A stretch of DNA of 64,000 bases, from the NCBI GenBank assembly GCA_021513715.1, contig CP084167.1, positions 1,952,001 through 2,016,000 on the forward strand, read 5' to 3'. Below are positions 1 through 9,841 of the stretch, in pieces (position 1 is the first letter of the stretch; every line of letters begins with the position of its first letter). The translations under genes were made by a program, and so were the position numbers. The notes under the pieces were generated by a model. The model was not told the DNA's origin and ran no database searches. It saw only the letters and a program-made list of their open reading frames with translations. Source of the DNA: Candidatus Heimdallarchaeum endolithica (lineage in GTDB: Archaea; Asgardarchaeota; Heimdallarchaeia; Heimdallarchaeales; Heimdallarchaeaceae).

Positions 1-809
1 CCAGTATATTTATAATTAACATTCGTAAGACCAAGAGCTTTGGTGAGTTCATCAGCGATTTCAGTTACAGAAATTGTTTCTGAGGAAGAAACATTAAAAA
101 CATCAAAATTGTTTTTGTTGTTATAATTTAACAATAGATTAAATGCCTCAATAGTATCAGAGATATATAAGTATGTTTTTGTTTGTTTTCCATTACCTAA
201 AATAATGAGCTCTTTTGGATTTTGCTTTAACTTATTATAAAAATCATACATTACACCATGAGTAGAACGAGGTCCAAAAATATTTCCTAATCTTATTGAA
301 GTTATTTGCATTGAATACAGAGAAGAATAACTACTACAGTACATCTCTATTGCTGCTTTTGCAGCACCATAGTTTGAAATGGGTTTTAGTGGTTGATTTT
401 CAGCATTTGATTTTTGCGTTTCTCCATAAATTGTTCCTCCAGAACTCGCAAAAATCATCCTTGGGATATCCTTTTTTCTCATCAATTCTAAGATATTAAA
501 TGAGCCATCAACATTGATTTCAAAATCCAGTCTTGGATTATTCACACTAACTTTCACATCTGGTTGCGCTGCCAAATGAATAATACAACTGTATTCTCTA
601 TCAAGCTGTAGTAGTTTTTCAAAATCTCGAATATCAAATTGGTAAAAATCTACCTTTTTGTTGTCTAGGTACCCCTGGATATATTGTAAATTTGTTCCTG
701 CAGAAAGATCATCAATAATGGTAACAAAATGACCATCTTTAACAAACTGATCAACAATATGGGAACCTATGAAACCGCATCCTCCAGTTACTAATATGTT
801 TTTTTCCAT
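1..809 (-). CDS. NAD-dependent epimerase/dehydratase (UDP-glucose 4-epimerase-like extended SDR), 3' end outside the window
   Basis: Manual translation from ATG at 809: MEKNILVTGGCGFIGSHIVD (GxxGxxG), plus HLAAQ and the YGAAK (YxxxK) catalytic motif. Absent from the ORF track because its stop lies outside the window. Confidence 0.9.
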   Translation of the reverse strand, partial: MEKNILVTGGCGFIGSHIVDQFVKDGHFVTIIDDLSAGTNLQYIQGYLDNKKVDFYQFDIRDFEKLLQLDREYSCIIHLAAQPDVKVSVNNPRLDFEINVDGSFNILELMRKKDIPRMIFASSGGTIYGETQKSNAENQPLKPISNYGAAKAAIEMYCSSYSSLYSMQITSIRLGNIFGPRSTHGVMYDFYNKLKQNPKELIILGNGKQTKTYLYISDTIEAFNLLLNYNNKNNFDVFNVSSSETISVTEIADELTKALGLTNVNYKYT

Positions 810-824
810 TTAATTCAACCTATT

Positions 825-2090
825 TTATCCTATTGTTCTCAGAAAATCCTCTAATGCACCTAGAAAAACTTCAATCTCATCAAATGTGTTATAAATATAG
901 AGTGAAGCACGAACTGATCCTTCACCTTTACCAGGATTCATTCCAATACTGTACGCAAATGGATGAACACAATGATTACCTGCCCTCATCATAATTCTAT
1001 GCTGGGGGAGCATATCATTCATATACATTGAAACATCATTATGGGAAACAACATCAGATTTTGGTCTAAAAGACACTAAAGCAGCTCTATTTTTCAGTTC
1101 TGTAGAACCAATTATTTCTATCCCTTCCAAATCTAACATCCCCCTAAGTAATTTTCTTAGAAGAGATTGCTCTCTGTTATGGACCTCTTCCATTCCAATA
1201 TTCATCAAATAATCTACTGCTGCACCAACCCCCATCATCCCTGCATAATTTTGCAACCCGGCTTCAAATTTATGAGGTGGTGGGAGATATTTTGGTATTA
1301 TCTTACCATCTTTATAAACTACATCTTCAATTACATCTCCTCCAACAAAGAACATATCCATCTCTTCTAGGAGATCATATTTACCATAAAGAACGCCCAT
1401 TCCTGAAGGCCCACATGCTTTATGCATACTCAATACAGCTATATCAACATCTAATTTTTTCACATCCAATGGAGCATGGGGAGCATATTGAGCCTCATCA
1501 GAAATCACTAATGCATTGTGTTCATGAGCTATTTCTATTATTTCTTTTAATGGAGCAATCGTTCCAGTGACGTTCGATGCATGAACAAGAGAAACAATTC
1601 TTGTATTATCATCAATTTTTTTTTCAAAATCACTTAAGTCAAATCGACCATCTTTGGAAGCATTTACTATCCTAAATTCACTACCTACTTTTTTTGCTCG
1701 TTCATAAAAAGGAAGCATACCAGAATGGTGTTCAAGGGAAGTCGTGACAATATTTTGATTTTTAGTAATAGATATACTGTTAGCTGCAATGTTTAACCCC
1801 TCTGTTGCATTTCTTGTCCAGATTATTTCTCTCGAATCTTTAGCATTTATAAATTTAGCAACTTTATCTCTAGCTTCTTCAGCCAACAGGCTTGTTTCTG
1901 TGCCTAAAGAATGAGTAGAGCGTCCAGCCCCACCACATGCACCCAAATATCTATAATAATATTCAATTGTTTCCCATACTTGTTTTGGTTTTAATGACAT
2001 ACATGCTGAATCAAAATAAATCAAAATTTTTCCTTCGTAAAGCTGATCTAGAACAGGAAAATCTTTTCTAATTCTATGCCAAACAACCAT
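825..2090 (-). CDS. sufS: SufS-type (class II) cysteine desulfurase
   Basis: RKDFPVL, YFDSA, SMHK PLP-lysine, FEAG and RAGNHC catalytic Cys motifs. Confidence 0.88.
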   Translation of the reverse strand: MVVWHRIRKDFPVLDQLYEGKILIYFDSACMSLKPKQVWETIEYYYRYLGACGGAGRSTHSLGTETSLLAEEARDKVAKFINAKDSREIIWTRNATEGLNIAANSISITKNQNIVTTSLEHHSGMLPFYERAKKVGSEFRIVNASKDGRFDLSDFEKKIDDNTRIVSLVHASNVTGTIAPLKEIIEIAHEHNALVISDEAQYAPHAPLDVKKLDVDIAVLSMHKACGPSGMGVLYGKYDLLEEMDMFFVGGDVIEDVVYKDGKIIPKYLPPPHKFEAGLQNYAGMMGVGAAVDYLMNIGMEEVHNREQSLLRKLLRGMLDLEGIEIIGSTELKNRAALVSFRPKSDVVSHNDVSMYMNDMLPQHRIMMRAGNHCVHPFAYSIGMNPGKGEGSVRASLYIYNTFDEIEVFLGALEDFLRTIG

Positions 2091-2092
2091 TC

Positions 2093-2341
2093 TTATCCCT
2101 CAGTTTCTGGATCATGTACTAGCTCCCAAAGGAATCCAGAACTAGTCCACTTTCTCTCAACAATTCCTTCTTCAACAAGTTTTTTTCCTGCTAAAATAAC
2201 GTCTCCACCACTAGCGCACCCAGAACACAGTTCAGGAAACAAATCACGTAAAGCTAGTATATCTTTTGTTGATGCAGGATTCTTTTTCCTTAAAATTGCT
2301 AAGACACAGTCTATATTTTTCTCCTCAAAACCACTTGACAT
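2093..2341 (-). CDS. Small winged-helix-like protein with CxxC, coupled to sufS
   Basis: 82 aa; LVEEGIVERK wing pattern; CSGC; stop lies 2 nt before the sufS ATG. Confidence 0.6.
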   Translation of the reverse strand: MSSGFEEKNIDCVLAILRKKNPASTKDILALRDLFPELCSGCASGGDVILAGKKLVEEGIVERKWTSSGFLWELVHDPETEG

Positions 2342-2505
2342 TTAACTCAATTCATTGTTTTTAAACCCGCTTTTAAAAATTATGGAAATAATTACTGTTT
2401 TTTTCTTCCATTACAAAACGTGATTTATACAATTTGCGTTTTTTTAAGCAATGAAAAATCTTTTCAAGTATAAGTTTTTGTGTTATCTGGAAAGAAAATT
2501 CTCAA

Positions 2506-3042
2506 ATGGTGAAATTATTGGTCAATTTACATCGTTGTGAAATGTGTGGGCGTGAAGTCCCGCGTCTAACTGAAATTGAAATAGAGGGAGCCCGATTATT
2601 AGTTTGTTCCAATTGCTCAAGACATGGAAAGAAAGTTGTAAAAAAAACTGTTTCTCAAACAAAGAAAAGATTTGTTCGAGGTCCATCGCAAACAAAGAAA
2701 ACTAGTACAACTAGAGAAAAGCCAAAAATGACTATTCAAAGACGGAGTGAAGAAACAATTGTTTTGGCTGAAGATTATGATAAAAGGCTTAGGTTAGCTA
2801 GACAAAAAATGAATCTAACTCAAAAAGATGTTGCAAATAAAACCAAGATATCTGCTAGTAACATACAAAGTTTTGAATTAAAGAAACTTCGACCTACAGA
2901 TGAACAAATAAAAATACTTGAAAAATTCTTTGGCATTACTCTCACAGAGAAAATAATCAACTATGGAAGTGGAGAACAAAAGACTTCAAGAAACTACCAG
3001 ACTCTAGGCGATATAGTTGTAATAAAGAAAAAAACAGATTAA
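2506..3042 (+). CDS. mbf1: Archaeal multiprotein bridging factor 1 (Zn ribbon + HTH)
   Basis: CEMCG...IEGARLLVCSNC zinc ribbon, Cro-type HTH, C-terminal TLGDIV. Confidence 0.92.
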   Translation: MVKLLVNLHRCEMCGREVPRLTEIEIEGARLLVCSNCSRHGKKVVKKTVSQTKKRFVRGPSQTKKTSTTREKPKMTIQRRSEETIVLAEDYDKRLRLARQKMNLTQKDVANKTKISASNIQSFELKKLRPTDEQIKILEKFFGITLTEKIINYGSGEQKTSRNYQTLGDIVVIKKKTD

Positions 3043-3055
3043 AGGAAGAGTTAAT

Positions 3056-3268
3056 TTAAAAGGCTTTAACATTCATTTTACTTTGAAGATCTCGAATTAA
3101 AGATTCAGCTTCCTTAATTGGAAGTTTAAAAGTATATAATTTCTTTTTTGTTCTAAACTTTAATTTTATTTTGTCTTTAGACCTTTTTGTTCTTAACTCT
3201 CCATTTTGCTCGATGGTTAATTGAATAACTTTTTCTAATTGTTCCTTAGTAGTGAGTTCCATTGGCAT
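3056..3268 (-). CDS. rpl38e: 50S ribosomal protein eL38
   Basis: From the ATG at 3268: MPMELT...KIKLKFRTKKKLYTFKL matches the eL38 KxKxRxxxxLYT signature; 70 aa. Confidence 0.75.
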   Translation of the reverse strand: MPMELTTKEQLEKVIQLTIEQNGELRTKRSKDKIKLKFRTKKKLYTFKLPIKEAESLIRDLQSKMNVKAF

Positions 3269-3371
3269 TTTCTTCATAGTGCTGCTATCACTTTTCATTA
3301 AAAATGTTTCTTTTGAAGAAAAAATGTTTTTGTCTATAACTTTCTGAACAAGAATCATCTTTTCTTGTTTT

Positions 3372-4637
3372 CTAATACCCATATATTTTATATCGAAGTA
3401 TTGCAGCTATACCTCCAAAAGCTTTGTAGAGCACCATACCATCCTCATGCTTTGTACTAATAATTTCGATATTAGCTCCTGTTTCTTCAGCTTTTTGCTT
3501 TAATTCACTTACAAGATCCTTTTCATTTATTATTTCTAAACTTGTATCTCCACATTTTGGGCATTTTTTACTTGATAGATTATTAATGTAATCTTCATAA
3601 TTGGAAACAATTACTGTATCATTTATTTCATTCCCGCAAGAATTACATTTCAGTTCAAACGTTATCCTATCTACCTCTTCAGAGATAAGTACAATATCAA
3701 CAGCTGCTTTCTCTAAAGCTTCTCTAACTTGCTTTTCTCCATATGTAATTAAACCAGTATCTTTACCAAGATGTGTAAGAAACTGCTGCATTAATTTTCT
3801 TTCTTTTACTAATTCAAAGTCTTGAAGCAAATCTTGAGCTTGTTCTATTAATTCTTTAATCCCAGCCTTTCCTGTATAGCCTACATCAAAAGTACCAAGT
3901 ATTTTCTCTTTAATTCGATAATCTATAGCTTTACTTTCCAAATACTTCGAATTTGATATTGCAGGGCCACCTACAATTATAGCTTCAACTGGGAAAGATT
4001 CTAAATATATTTCATTCATCATTTGAGCCATTTTATTGTACCAGGCATTTGCTGCTTCTTCTACTAAACGTTGAAAACGTCTTTGTGATTGTCCACCCAT
4101 TTTATGCTTTTTTGGAACGTGAGATTCTTCATCTCTAATTATTTTCAGATCATTTCCTCTCAATACAGCAAAAGTAGCTCCTCCTCGAGATATAATAACC
4201 AAACCATAACTTGTTTTTGGTTCCAACATCTCCCTTAACGGTTCTGTGTGGAATTTGTTATCACACATGTACAATTTGATTCCAACAGGTTCTGGTGGAA
4301 CAATTGAATGAAACTCCATTTTATTTAATCCTGTCATCCCACAAAAAATTACCAAACCGTTTTCTGTATTACGCATATTTTTAATCCTAGCCATAATCGA
4401 AGTTAATGCAGCTTGTACTGCCTTTCCAGTATTTTTATCTTTAATATTTGATGCGGTTCCATGTTCATCTAATAATTGGCTACGTATATCAGACAACCTA
4501 GTACCAGGAGGTATATACAATGAAATTAAAGATGTTGACATATTAAATGATTTTTTTTGTTCTAGTCGTTTTATAGATTGTCTAAGTTCATACAATTCTA
4601 CACTGGTACGTTTTTTATTTTCTTTAGTATCAGTCAA
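3372..4637 (-). CDS. prf1: Peptide chain release factor aRF1
   Basis: LISLYIPPG, ASNIK, YMCDNKF and GGQSQRRF motifs; Zn-ribbon insertion; FGGIAAILRY. Confidence 0.96.
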   Translation of the reverse strand: MTDTKENKKRTSVELYELRQSIKRLEQKKSFNMSTSLISLYIPPGTRLSDIRSQLLDEHGTASNIKDKNTGKAVQAALTSIMARIKNMRNTENGLVIFCGMTGLNKMEFHSIVPPEPVGIKLYMCDNKFHTEPLREMLEPKTSYGLVIISRGGATFAVLRGNDLKIIRDEESHVPKKHKMGGQSQRRFQRLVEEAANAWYNKMAQMMNEIYLESFPVEAIIVGGPAISNSKYLESKAIDYRIKEKILGTFDVGYTGKAGIKELIEQAQDLLQDFELVKERKLMQQFLTHLGKDTGLITYGEKQVREALEKAAVDIVLISEEVDRITFELKCNSCGNEINDTVIVSNYEDYINNLSSKKCPKCGDTSLEIINEKDLVSELKQKAEETGANIEIISTKHEDGMVLYKAFGGIAAILRYKIYGY

Positions 4638-4739
4638 TAGTTTTCTCCTCGTATATTCATAACTATGTTTTTGACAACGACTCTAAAACCCTTTTTTTGT
4701 TTTGTTATTTAATATTTTTTTTTCAAACAGATTATATAC

Positions 4740-5749
4740 TGTATACTCAACTCACATTGGTAACAAATAAATAGAAGTGGGTTACGTGGGTAAGTGATAT
4801 ATTATGAACAAAAACGAACGTAACCTGGAGAAACTAAGAAAGATTGTGGTTAAAAAAGCTTTGGAAGGAGAGAAGATAAAAGAAGTAGCTCACAAGTATA
4901 TGGTGAGTAGGAAGTTTGTGTATAAGTGGTTGAAGAGGTTCAGAGAGAACCCTGAAGGAGTATGGTGGAAAGATAGATCTTCCAGACCAAAAACTATACA
5001 CAGGAAAGTAGATGAGGAGTTAAAAGAGAGGATAAGGGAGTTAAGAATAAAACAAGGAATGAATGTGGAGAAGATAGCTTATTTGTTGAAGAGAGAAGGA
5101 AAAGCACTCTCTCAGACGACAGTGACGAAAGTAATAAAAGAGTTAGGTCTTCCTTTATGGGTTAATAGAAAAAAGAGGAAAAGACCTCGATACAAGAGTT
5201 TTGAACGTCAAAAACCTAACGAACTCTGGCAAATAGATGTGAAAGGACCATTCTGGGTAGAAGAACAGGGACAACATCTCCACCTCATAACCTTGATAGA
5301 CGACCACTCACGATTCTGTCTGGGAGCTGAATTCCACCCTTTTGCACCAAAAAAAGAGCAGATAATAAGTTTGCTAGAGGAAGCAATAAAAGAGTACGGT
5401 TACCCCGAGTCTATACTTACTGACAATGGAGCACTCTTCTCTTCCGTTAGAGGAGGAACAAGTACCTTCTCCCGTTGGTGTCAAACAGAAGGAATAAAGC
5501 ACATCAGAGCTAGAGTTTTTCACCCCGAAACATGTGGAAAAGTAGAAAGACTACATGGGACAATCATCCGTGAGATGGAAAGATTAGGTCTAAAATACTG
5601 CAACGCAGATCTCTCCTACTACCGCTCTTACTACAATTTTAGTCGTCCTCACCAATCTCTTAACTTCCTCACCCCAGGAGAAAGATTTATGAATCACCCC
5701 TATGTTTCTCTAGTACCCAAAAGTGTAACCCAAGTCTATTGAGTAAACA
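4740..5749 (+). mobile_element. IS481-family insertion sequence, intact copy (1010 bp)
   Basis: Terminal inverted repeats TGTATACTCAA / TTGAGTAAACA; 16-bp direct repeat CAAACAGATTATATAC at 4724-4739 and 5750-5765. Confidence 0.93.
4804..5742 (+). CDS. IS481-family DDE transposase (HTH + rve integrase core)
   Basis: WQIDVKG, IDDHSR, TDNG, GKVERLHGT and YNFSRPHQSL motifs. Confidence 0.95.
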   Translation: MNKNERNLEKLRKIVVKKALEGEKIKEVAHKYMVSRKFVYKWLKRFRENPEGVWWKDRSSRPKTIHRKVDEELKERIRELRIKQGMNVEKIAYLLKREGKALSQTTVTKVIKELGLPLWVNRKKRKRPRYKSFERQKPNELWQIDVKGPFWVEEQGQHLHLITLIDDHSRFCLGAEFHPFAPKKEQIISLLEEAIKEYGYPESILTDNGALFSSVRGGTSTFSRWCQTEGIKHIRARVFHPETCGKVERLHGTIIREMERLGLKYCNADLSYYRSYYNFSRPHQSLNFLTPGERFMNHPYVSLVPKSVTQVY

Positions 5750-5838
5750 CAAACAGATTATATACAAAAATGTTTTACAAAAACAAGAGAGAAATAATAA
5801 AAAGATTGAACGATATAAAAATTAAAAAAATTTCTTAT

Positions 5839-6033
5839 TTAAGGTTTATATTTTCTCATTTTCTCCATTCCTTTCAAAACCTTAACAACTTTGTAAATTT
5901 GCTCAATTTCTCTTACACTTGAACGGGGTTTAGATGTAAGAATATTTTCATAATTCCAGATTTTCCTTTCTGGATTATCTTTTAGATTAACAACGGGGAT
6001 TGTAGAAACATCTTTTCTAATTTCTTTGGACAT
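5839..6033 (-). CDS. Hypothetical small protein
   Basis: 64-aa ATG-initiated ORF filling an intergenic gap; no recognisable motif. Confidence 0.45.
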   Translation of the reverse strand: MSKEIRKDVSTIPVVNLKDNPERKIWNYENILTSKPRSSVREIEQIYKVVKVLKGMEKMRKYKP

Positions 6034-6314
6034 AATATCATATTAAACTCGTGGTTATGTTTATTTCATACTACGTAATACTAAGGAAATATTCAAAACA
6101 AAACAAGAGATAACCCTAGTACAACCATTAGGAGAAATATCAGAAAAAATGAACTCAAATCGAACCACCAATTATTGGATTTATTGTCGAGAGAATAGCT
6201 GAGATAATAAGAAATTATAAATACCAGATACTCCATTATTATTTAGAACTATTTCTCTTTCAGAGAAAGAAATAAATATTATTGAAAATAAAAAAAAACG
6301 AGGATATTGGTATC

Positions 6315-7178
6315 ATGTCAATCTTAGATTGGATAGACAAACTTCCACCACTAATTGAAGATAATGGACTGAAATTATTAATTTATCTCATTATTATTTT
6401 TGCAATAATTACAGCAGTAATAGTTCACTTTTCAACAAAGGGAGAATATCGTTCATCAGGAGGACTAACATTAAAGGAACTTGATTTTGATATTAGTCGG
6501 CCCATTTCAGATATAGCACCAGAAGAAAGAATTGAAATATTAAAAATTGAAAAGGAAAAATTTATAGCTGCTCGCAAAGCGCTAACTGACTCCTACAAAC
6601 GCAAGAAATTAAGTGACACTATTTTTGAAAGACTATCAGTAAGGTATGCTTCAGATCTCAAGAAAATAGAAGATGAAATTGAGAGAACAGAAAAAGAAGC
6701 AGAAGTTAGTCAGTTAGAAGAAGAATTAAAGAAAATGCAAGGAGACTATCTAGCAAAAATTGCTGGAGAAACAAAGGTTGAAACAACACCTTCTACTGCG
6801 CCAACAACTCCACCACCGTCAGCACCAACTGCACCAACACCAACCCCTGTAGCTCCATCCAAAACAGTAACTCCACCAACACCAACAACACCAACTGCAC
6901 CAACACCAACCCCTGTAACTCCACCCAAAACAGTAACTCCACCAACACCAATAACACCAACTGCACCAACACCAAGCACATCGGCTCCAATACCAGCACC
7001 GATAAAACCACCGGCCTCTGTAGCACAAACAACCCCTCAAGCACCAGTAGACACTAGTTCAGGAACAGATGATCAAGGGGATTTATTTGCAAAAAGCACA
7101 TCTATTGCCGCTTTAAGAAAAGAGATGTTGAAAGAGTTAGATCGCCTAAAAGCATTTATGTCTGAACAAAATAAATGA
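6315..7178 (+). CDS. Single-pass membrane protein with coiled coil, Pro/Thr-rich repeat linker and C-terminal amphipathic helix
   Basis: N-terminal TM ([17 protein letters not shown]), heptad-rich middle, PT-rich repeats, C-terminal [19 protein letters not shown]. Confidence 0.8.
   Translation: MSILDWIDKLPPLIEDNGLKLLIYLIIIFAIITAVIVHFSTKGEYRSSGGLTLKELDFDISRPISDIAPEERIEILKIEKEKFIAARKALTDSYKRKKLSDTIFERLSVRYASDLKKIEDEIERTEKEAEVSQLEEELKKMQGDYLAKIAGETKVETTPSTAPTTPPPSAPTAPTPTPVAPSKTVTPPTPTTPTAPTPTPVTPPKTVTPPTPITPTAPTPSTSAPIPAPIKPPASVAQTTPQAPVDTSSGTDDQGDLFAKSTSIAALRKEMLKELDRLKAFMSEQNK
6823..6975 (+). repeat. 66-bp tandem repeat (~2.3 copies) encoding a 22-aa Pro/Thr unit
   Basis: CACCAACTGCACCAACACCAA recurs at 6823, 6889 and 6955. 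Confidence 0.9.
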
Positions 7179-7251
7179 GATAAAAGTATACAACCATGTG
7201 TGTTTATTTTTTTTAATTAGCACACTTCTTTTTTGTTTTCGGTGATAAATT

Positions 7252-7974
7252 TTGCAATCTAAAAAGGAAATTGAAAAATATATGGCGTCTAAATATGTAG
7301 TAGACAATTTAATTTTCGACGATTTAATTGTTGGAGTTGGAACTGGCACTACAATAAACATTTTTATTGAATTGTTATCAGAAAAAGCAAACACAGATGA
7401 TTTAAACATTATTTGTATTCCTTCTTCTATAGAAACGAAATTACAATTAATCCAAAAAGGGCTTGTTGTCAGCGATATTATTGAAAATTCTGAAATTGAC
7501 ATTTATATTGATGGAGCTGATATCGTCACAGAAGATTATAATCTTATCAAAGGGGGCGGGGGAGCTATGACCATGGAAAAAATTTTAGCTTCATCTTCTC
7601 AAGAATTCGTTGTAATAGTAGATAGTGGCAAATATCCAAAAAAGCTTTTGTCATATCCTGTTCCAGTAGAGATTATACCTCTTGCAGTAAACACAGTGAT
7701 AAAACCACTATTTGACTTAGGAGGAGAACTTAAACTAAGATATGGAACTGGAAAGATCGGGCCTATTGTTTCTGATAATGGCAATGTTTTGGGAGATGTA
7801 ACTTTTAAAAAAGAATATGACCCAAAAATCATGGAAAAAGCAATTAATAATATCCCAGGAATAATTGAAAACGGTCTTTTTCCAGAAAAAGCGGATAAGA
7901 TTGTCATAGGAATAGATGATAGTGTCAAATATATCGAAATAAGAAGAAATAAAAAAAATGATTATCCTACCTAA
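7252..7974 (+). CDS. rpiA: Ribose-5-phosphate isomerase A
   Basis: GVGTGTT, DGAD, IKGGGGA..EK and VSDNGN motifs. Confidence 0.95.
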   Translation: MQSKKEIEKYMASKYVVDNLIFDDLIVGVGTGTTINIFIELLSEKANTDDLNIICIPSSIETKLQLIQKGLVVSDIIENSEIDIYIDGADIVTEDYNLIKGGGGAMTMEKILASSSQEFVVIVDSGKYPKKLLSYPVPVEIIPLAVNTVIKPLFDLGGELKLRYGTGKIGPIVSDNGNVLGDVTFKKEYDPKIMEKAINNIPGIIENGLFPEKADKIVIGIDDSVKYIEIRRNKKNDYPT

Positions 7975-9841
7975 CCAGAGCTGAAATAACAGCTCCCCGC
8001 TCATAAGCTTCTTTAAATAATGACCCAAGTTCTGAATTAATATTAAGTTTGATTTCAGCTGTTTTACCTACAGTTAAAGTTACAATGACCTCACCATTAA
8101 TCATGATATCAACATCTTTACCAACACATAAATCTGGAAAAACTAAAAAAATAGTGTTTTTACTTTGATATACATTAATTACATACTCTGCTTCTTCATC
8201 AAAACTATTATTTTGGTCAATATCATTCAATTCAGACATTTCTGAATAAGAGCGCACGTCAACGTTCAAATTTAGTGCAGATTCTATTTTTTCTATTGTT
8301 TTTCCTGACTTTCCAATTATTTTTGCTCTATCTGAATTGCGCACAAAGAGCGTGATAGAATTGGAATCAGTTATTTTAAATTCAAAATCATGGACACCAC
8401 TGTACTGTTTAAGTATTCTTTTTATTTTTTTTCTGCTAATAGCAACATGTTCATTCATTGAATGTGTTTGTTGCACTGGTGTTACTACAATTTGTTCTCC
8501 AAAAGTGTATAGTTCGTACTCTAGTTTATGAGAATGAAAATCTTTTACCTCAACAACAGGTCTACTCAAATCTCTCTCTTTTAATCCTGATGGAAGTTTT
8601 ACTTTTATTGAAAGTGTATATACCTTCCTTATTTCTCCATCTTCAATAAAAATTAGTGTGTCAATAATACTTGGAATCACTCCCAAATCAACTCGTTTAA
8701 TAAATCGTTTTACTCCATCAATTGCAGTAGTGCCATGAATAACGCCAATAAGTCCAATACCAGCCAACCTTAGGTCTGCATATGTCTCAAAATCAAGATT
8801 TTTCCTTAATTCATCATAGACAGTATGATCAGGTCTCATAAGTAAAATAAGGTCCGCTGTAGAAGAAATATCCCCCCTAAACCCACTTAGCTGAGTGATA
8901 CGATCATCGACTTGCAAATCCCTAGGATTTTCAAATGTTTTTACAATTCTACCTTTATCAGCGTAAAATTCAGCTAATGCTGTTGCGAAAGTGCTTTTTC
9001 CAGCTCCAGGAGCTCCAACAATTAAGATCCCTTCACTTTTTGTTTCAATTCTTTGTAACAATTTTCTATCAAGGTTATAATCCTCAATTTTTCTTTTTAA
9101 AATTGGTCTAACAGCAGTTATTTCCATAGCGTCACTAAATGGTGGACGAGTAATAATGATTCTCATGTTTTTTAGCTGCACAACTGTAAAACCTTGCATA
9201 TCACTTTCAATAAACGACTCTGGATCTCTGGTAGCTCTCTCAACTATCTCTTTAGCTAGTTCCTCAATTTCTTCTTTTTCAAGAACAGAGCCCCCAGTAG
9301 GTTGAAGATGAAAATTTCCAGGGGTACCTACTTTTGCAAGAGGTAAATTTCTTTCTCTTAAATGAACTGACATGGTTTGTTCAGTAAAATAATCATCAAT
9401 TCGTTTTCTTGGTTTTTCAGTTGTTTCTTTTAAAAAAACTACAGCCAATCCTTCAATCTCAGCAATATGAGCTTGAACTTTATCTGCAGTAACTAGAATA
9501 GCTGAATGTTCATATGCTAATTCCCGAATTTGGGCATCTAGTTCTCCAGAAGAGGCAAATTTGATTTGATTTGGTGTTGGTCGTGCGCCATCAATTATTA
9601 TTTCTATCATTCTTTCAGAAGCAAAATCCTTTAAGGCAACCAATTCTTCTAAAGCAGCTACACCAGTAGTTCTAGCTTGATTAGCTTGATGTTCTATTTC
9701 AGCAAGAACTACACGTGACAAAACAATTCTATTTATTGTTTGTTTTTTCTTTTTTAAATATTTTAAGAACTCTCCATTAACAATAACACTTGTATCAGGA
9801 ACAAATGAAACATTATTTTCTACATCAGACTGGTGATTCAT
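7967..9841 (-). CDS. PINA ATPase (PIN domain + P-loop ATPase + KH domain)
   Basis: N-terminal VPDTSV PIN domain; GAPGAGKST Walker A; DELR; KH motif IIGKSGKTIEKIE. Confidence 0.9.
   Translation of the reverse strand: MNHQSDVENNVSFVPDTSVIVNGEFLKYLKKKKQTINRIVLSRVVLAEIEHQANQARTTGVAALEELVALKDFASERMIEIIIDGARPTPNQIKFASSGELDAQIRELAYEHSAILVTADKVQAHIAEIEGLAVVFLKETTEKPRKRIDDYFTEQTMSVHLRERNLPLAKVGTPGNFHLQPTGGSVLEKEEIEELAKEIVERATRDPESFIESDMQGFTVVQLKNMRIIITRPPFSDAMEITAVRPILKRKIEDYNLDRKLLQRIETKSEGILIVGAPGAGKSTFATALAEFYADKGRIVKTFENPRDLQVDDRITQLSGFRGDISSTADLILLMRPDHTVYDELRKNLDFETYADLRLAGIGLIGVIHGTTAIDGVKRFIKRVDLGVIPSIIDTLIFIEDGEIRKVYTLSIKVKLPSGLKERDLSRPVVEVKDFHSHKLEYELYTFGEQIVVTPVQQTHSMNEHVAISRKKIKRILKQYSGVHDFEFKITDSNSITLFVRNSDRAKIIGKSGKTIEKIESALNLNVDVRSYSEMSELNDIDQNNSFDEEAEYVINVYQSKNTIFLVFPDLCVGKDVDIMINGEVIVTLTVGKTAEIKLNINSELGSLFKEAYERGAVISALVR

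Noticed and set aside
3372-4637. Stop-codon reassignment implied by aRF1 NIKD
   Set aside because: TAA, TAG and TGA all terminate conserved genes at their expected C-termini in this window.
6823-6975. Possible CRISPR array
   Set aside because: These are contiguous in-frame coding repeats with no unique spacers, and the window has no cas genes.
6746-7044. Three antisense ORFs (Gly/Val-, Leu/Val- and Cys/Trp-rich)
   Set aside because: They are shadows of the Pro/Thr repeat on the opposite strand; the striking Cys/Trp pattern is a codon artefact.
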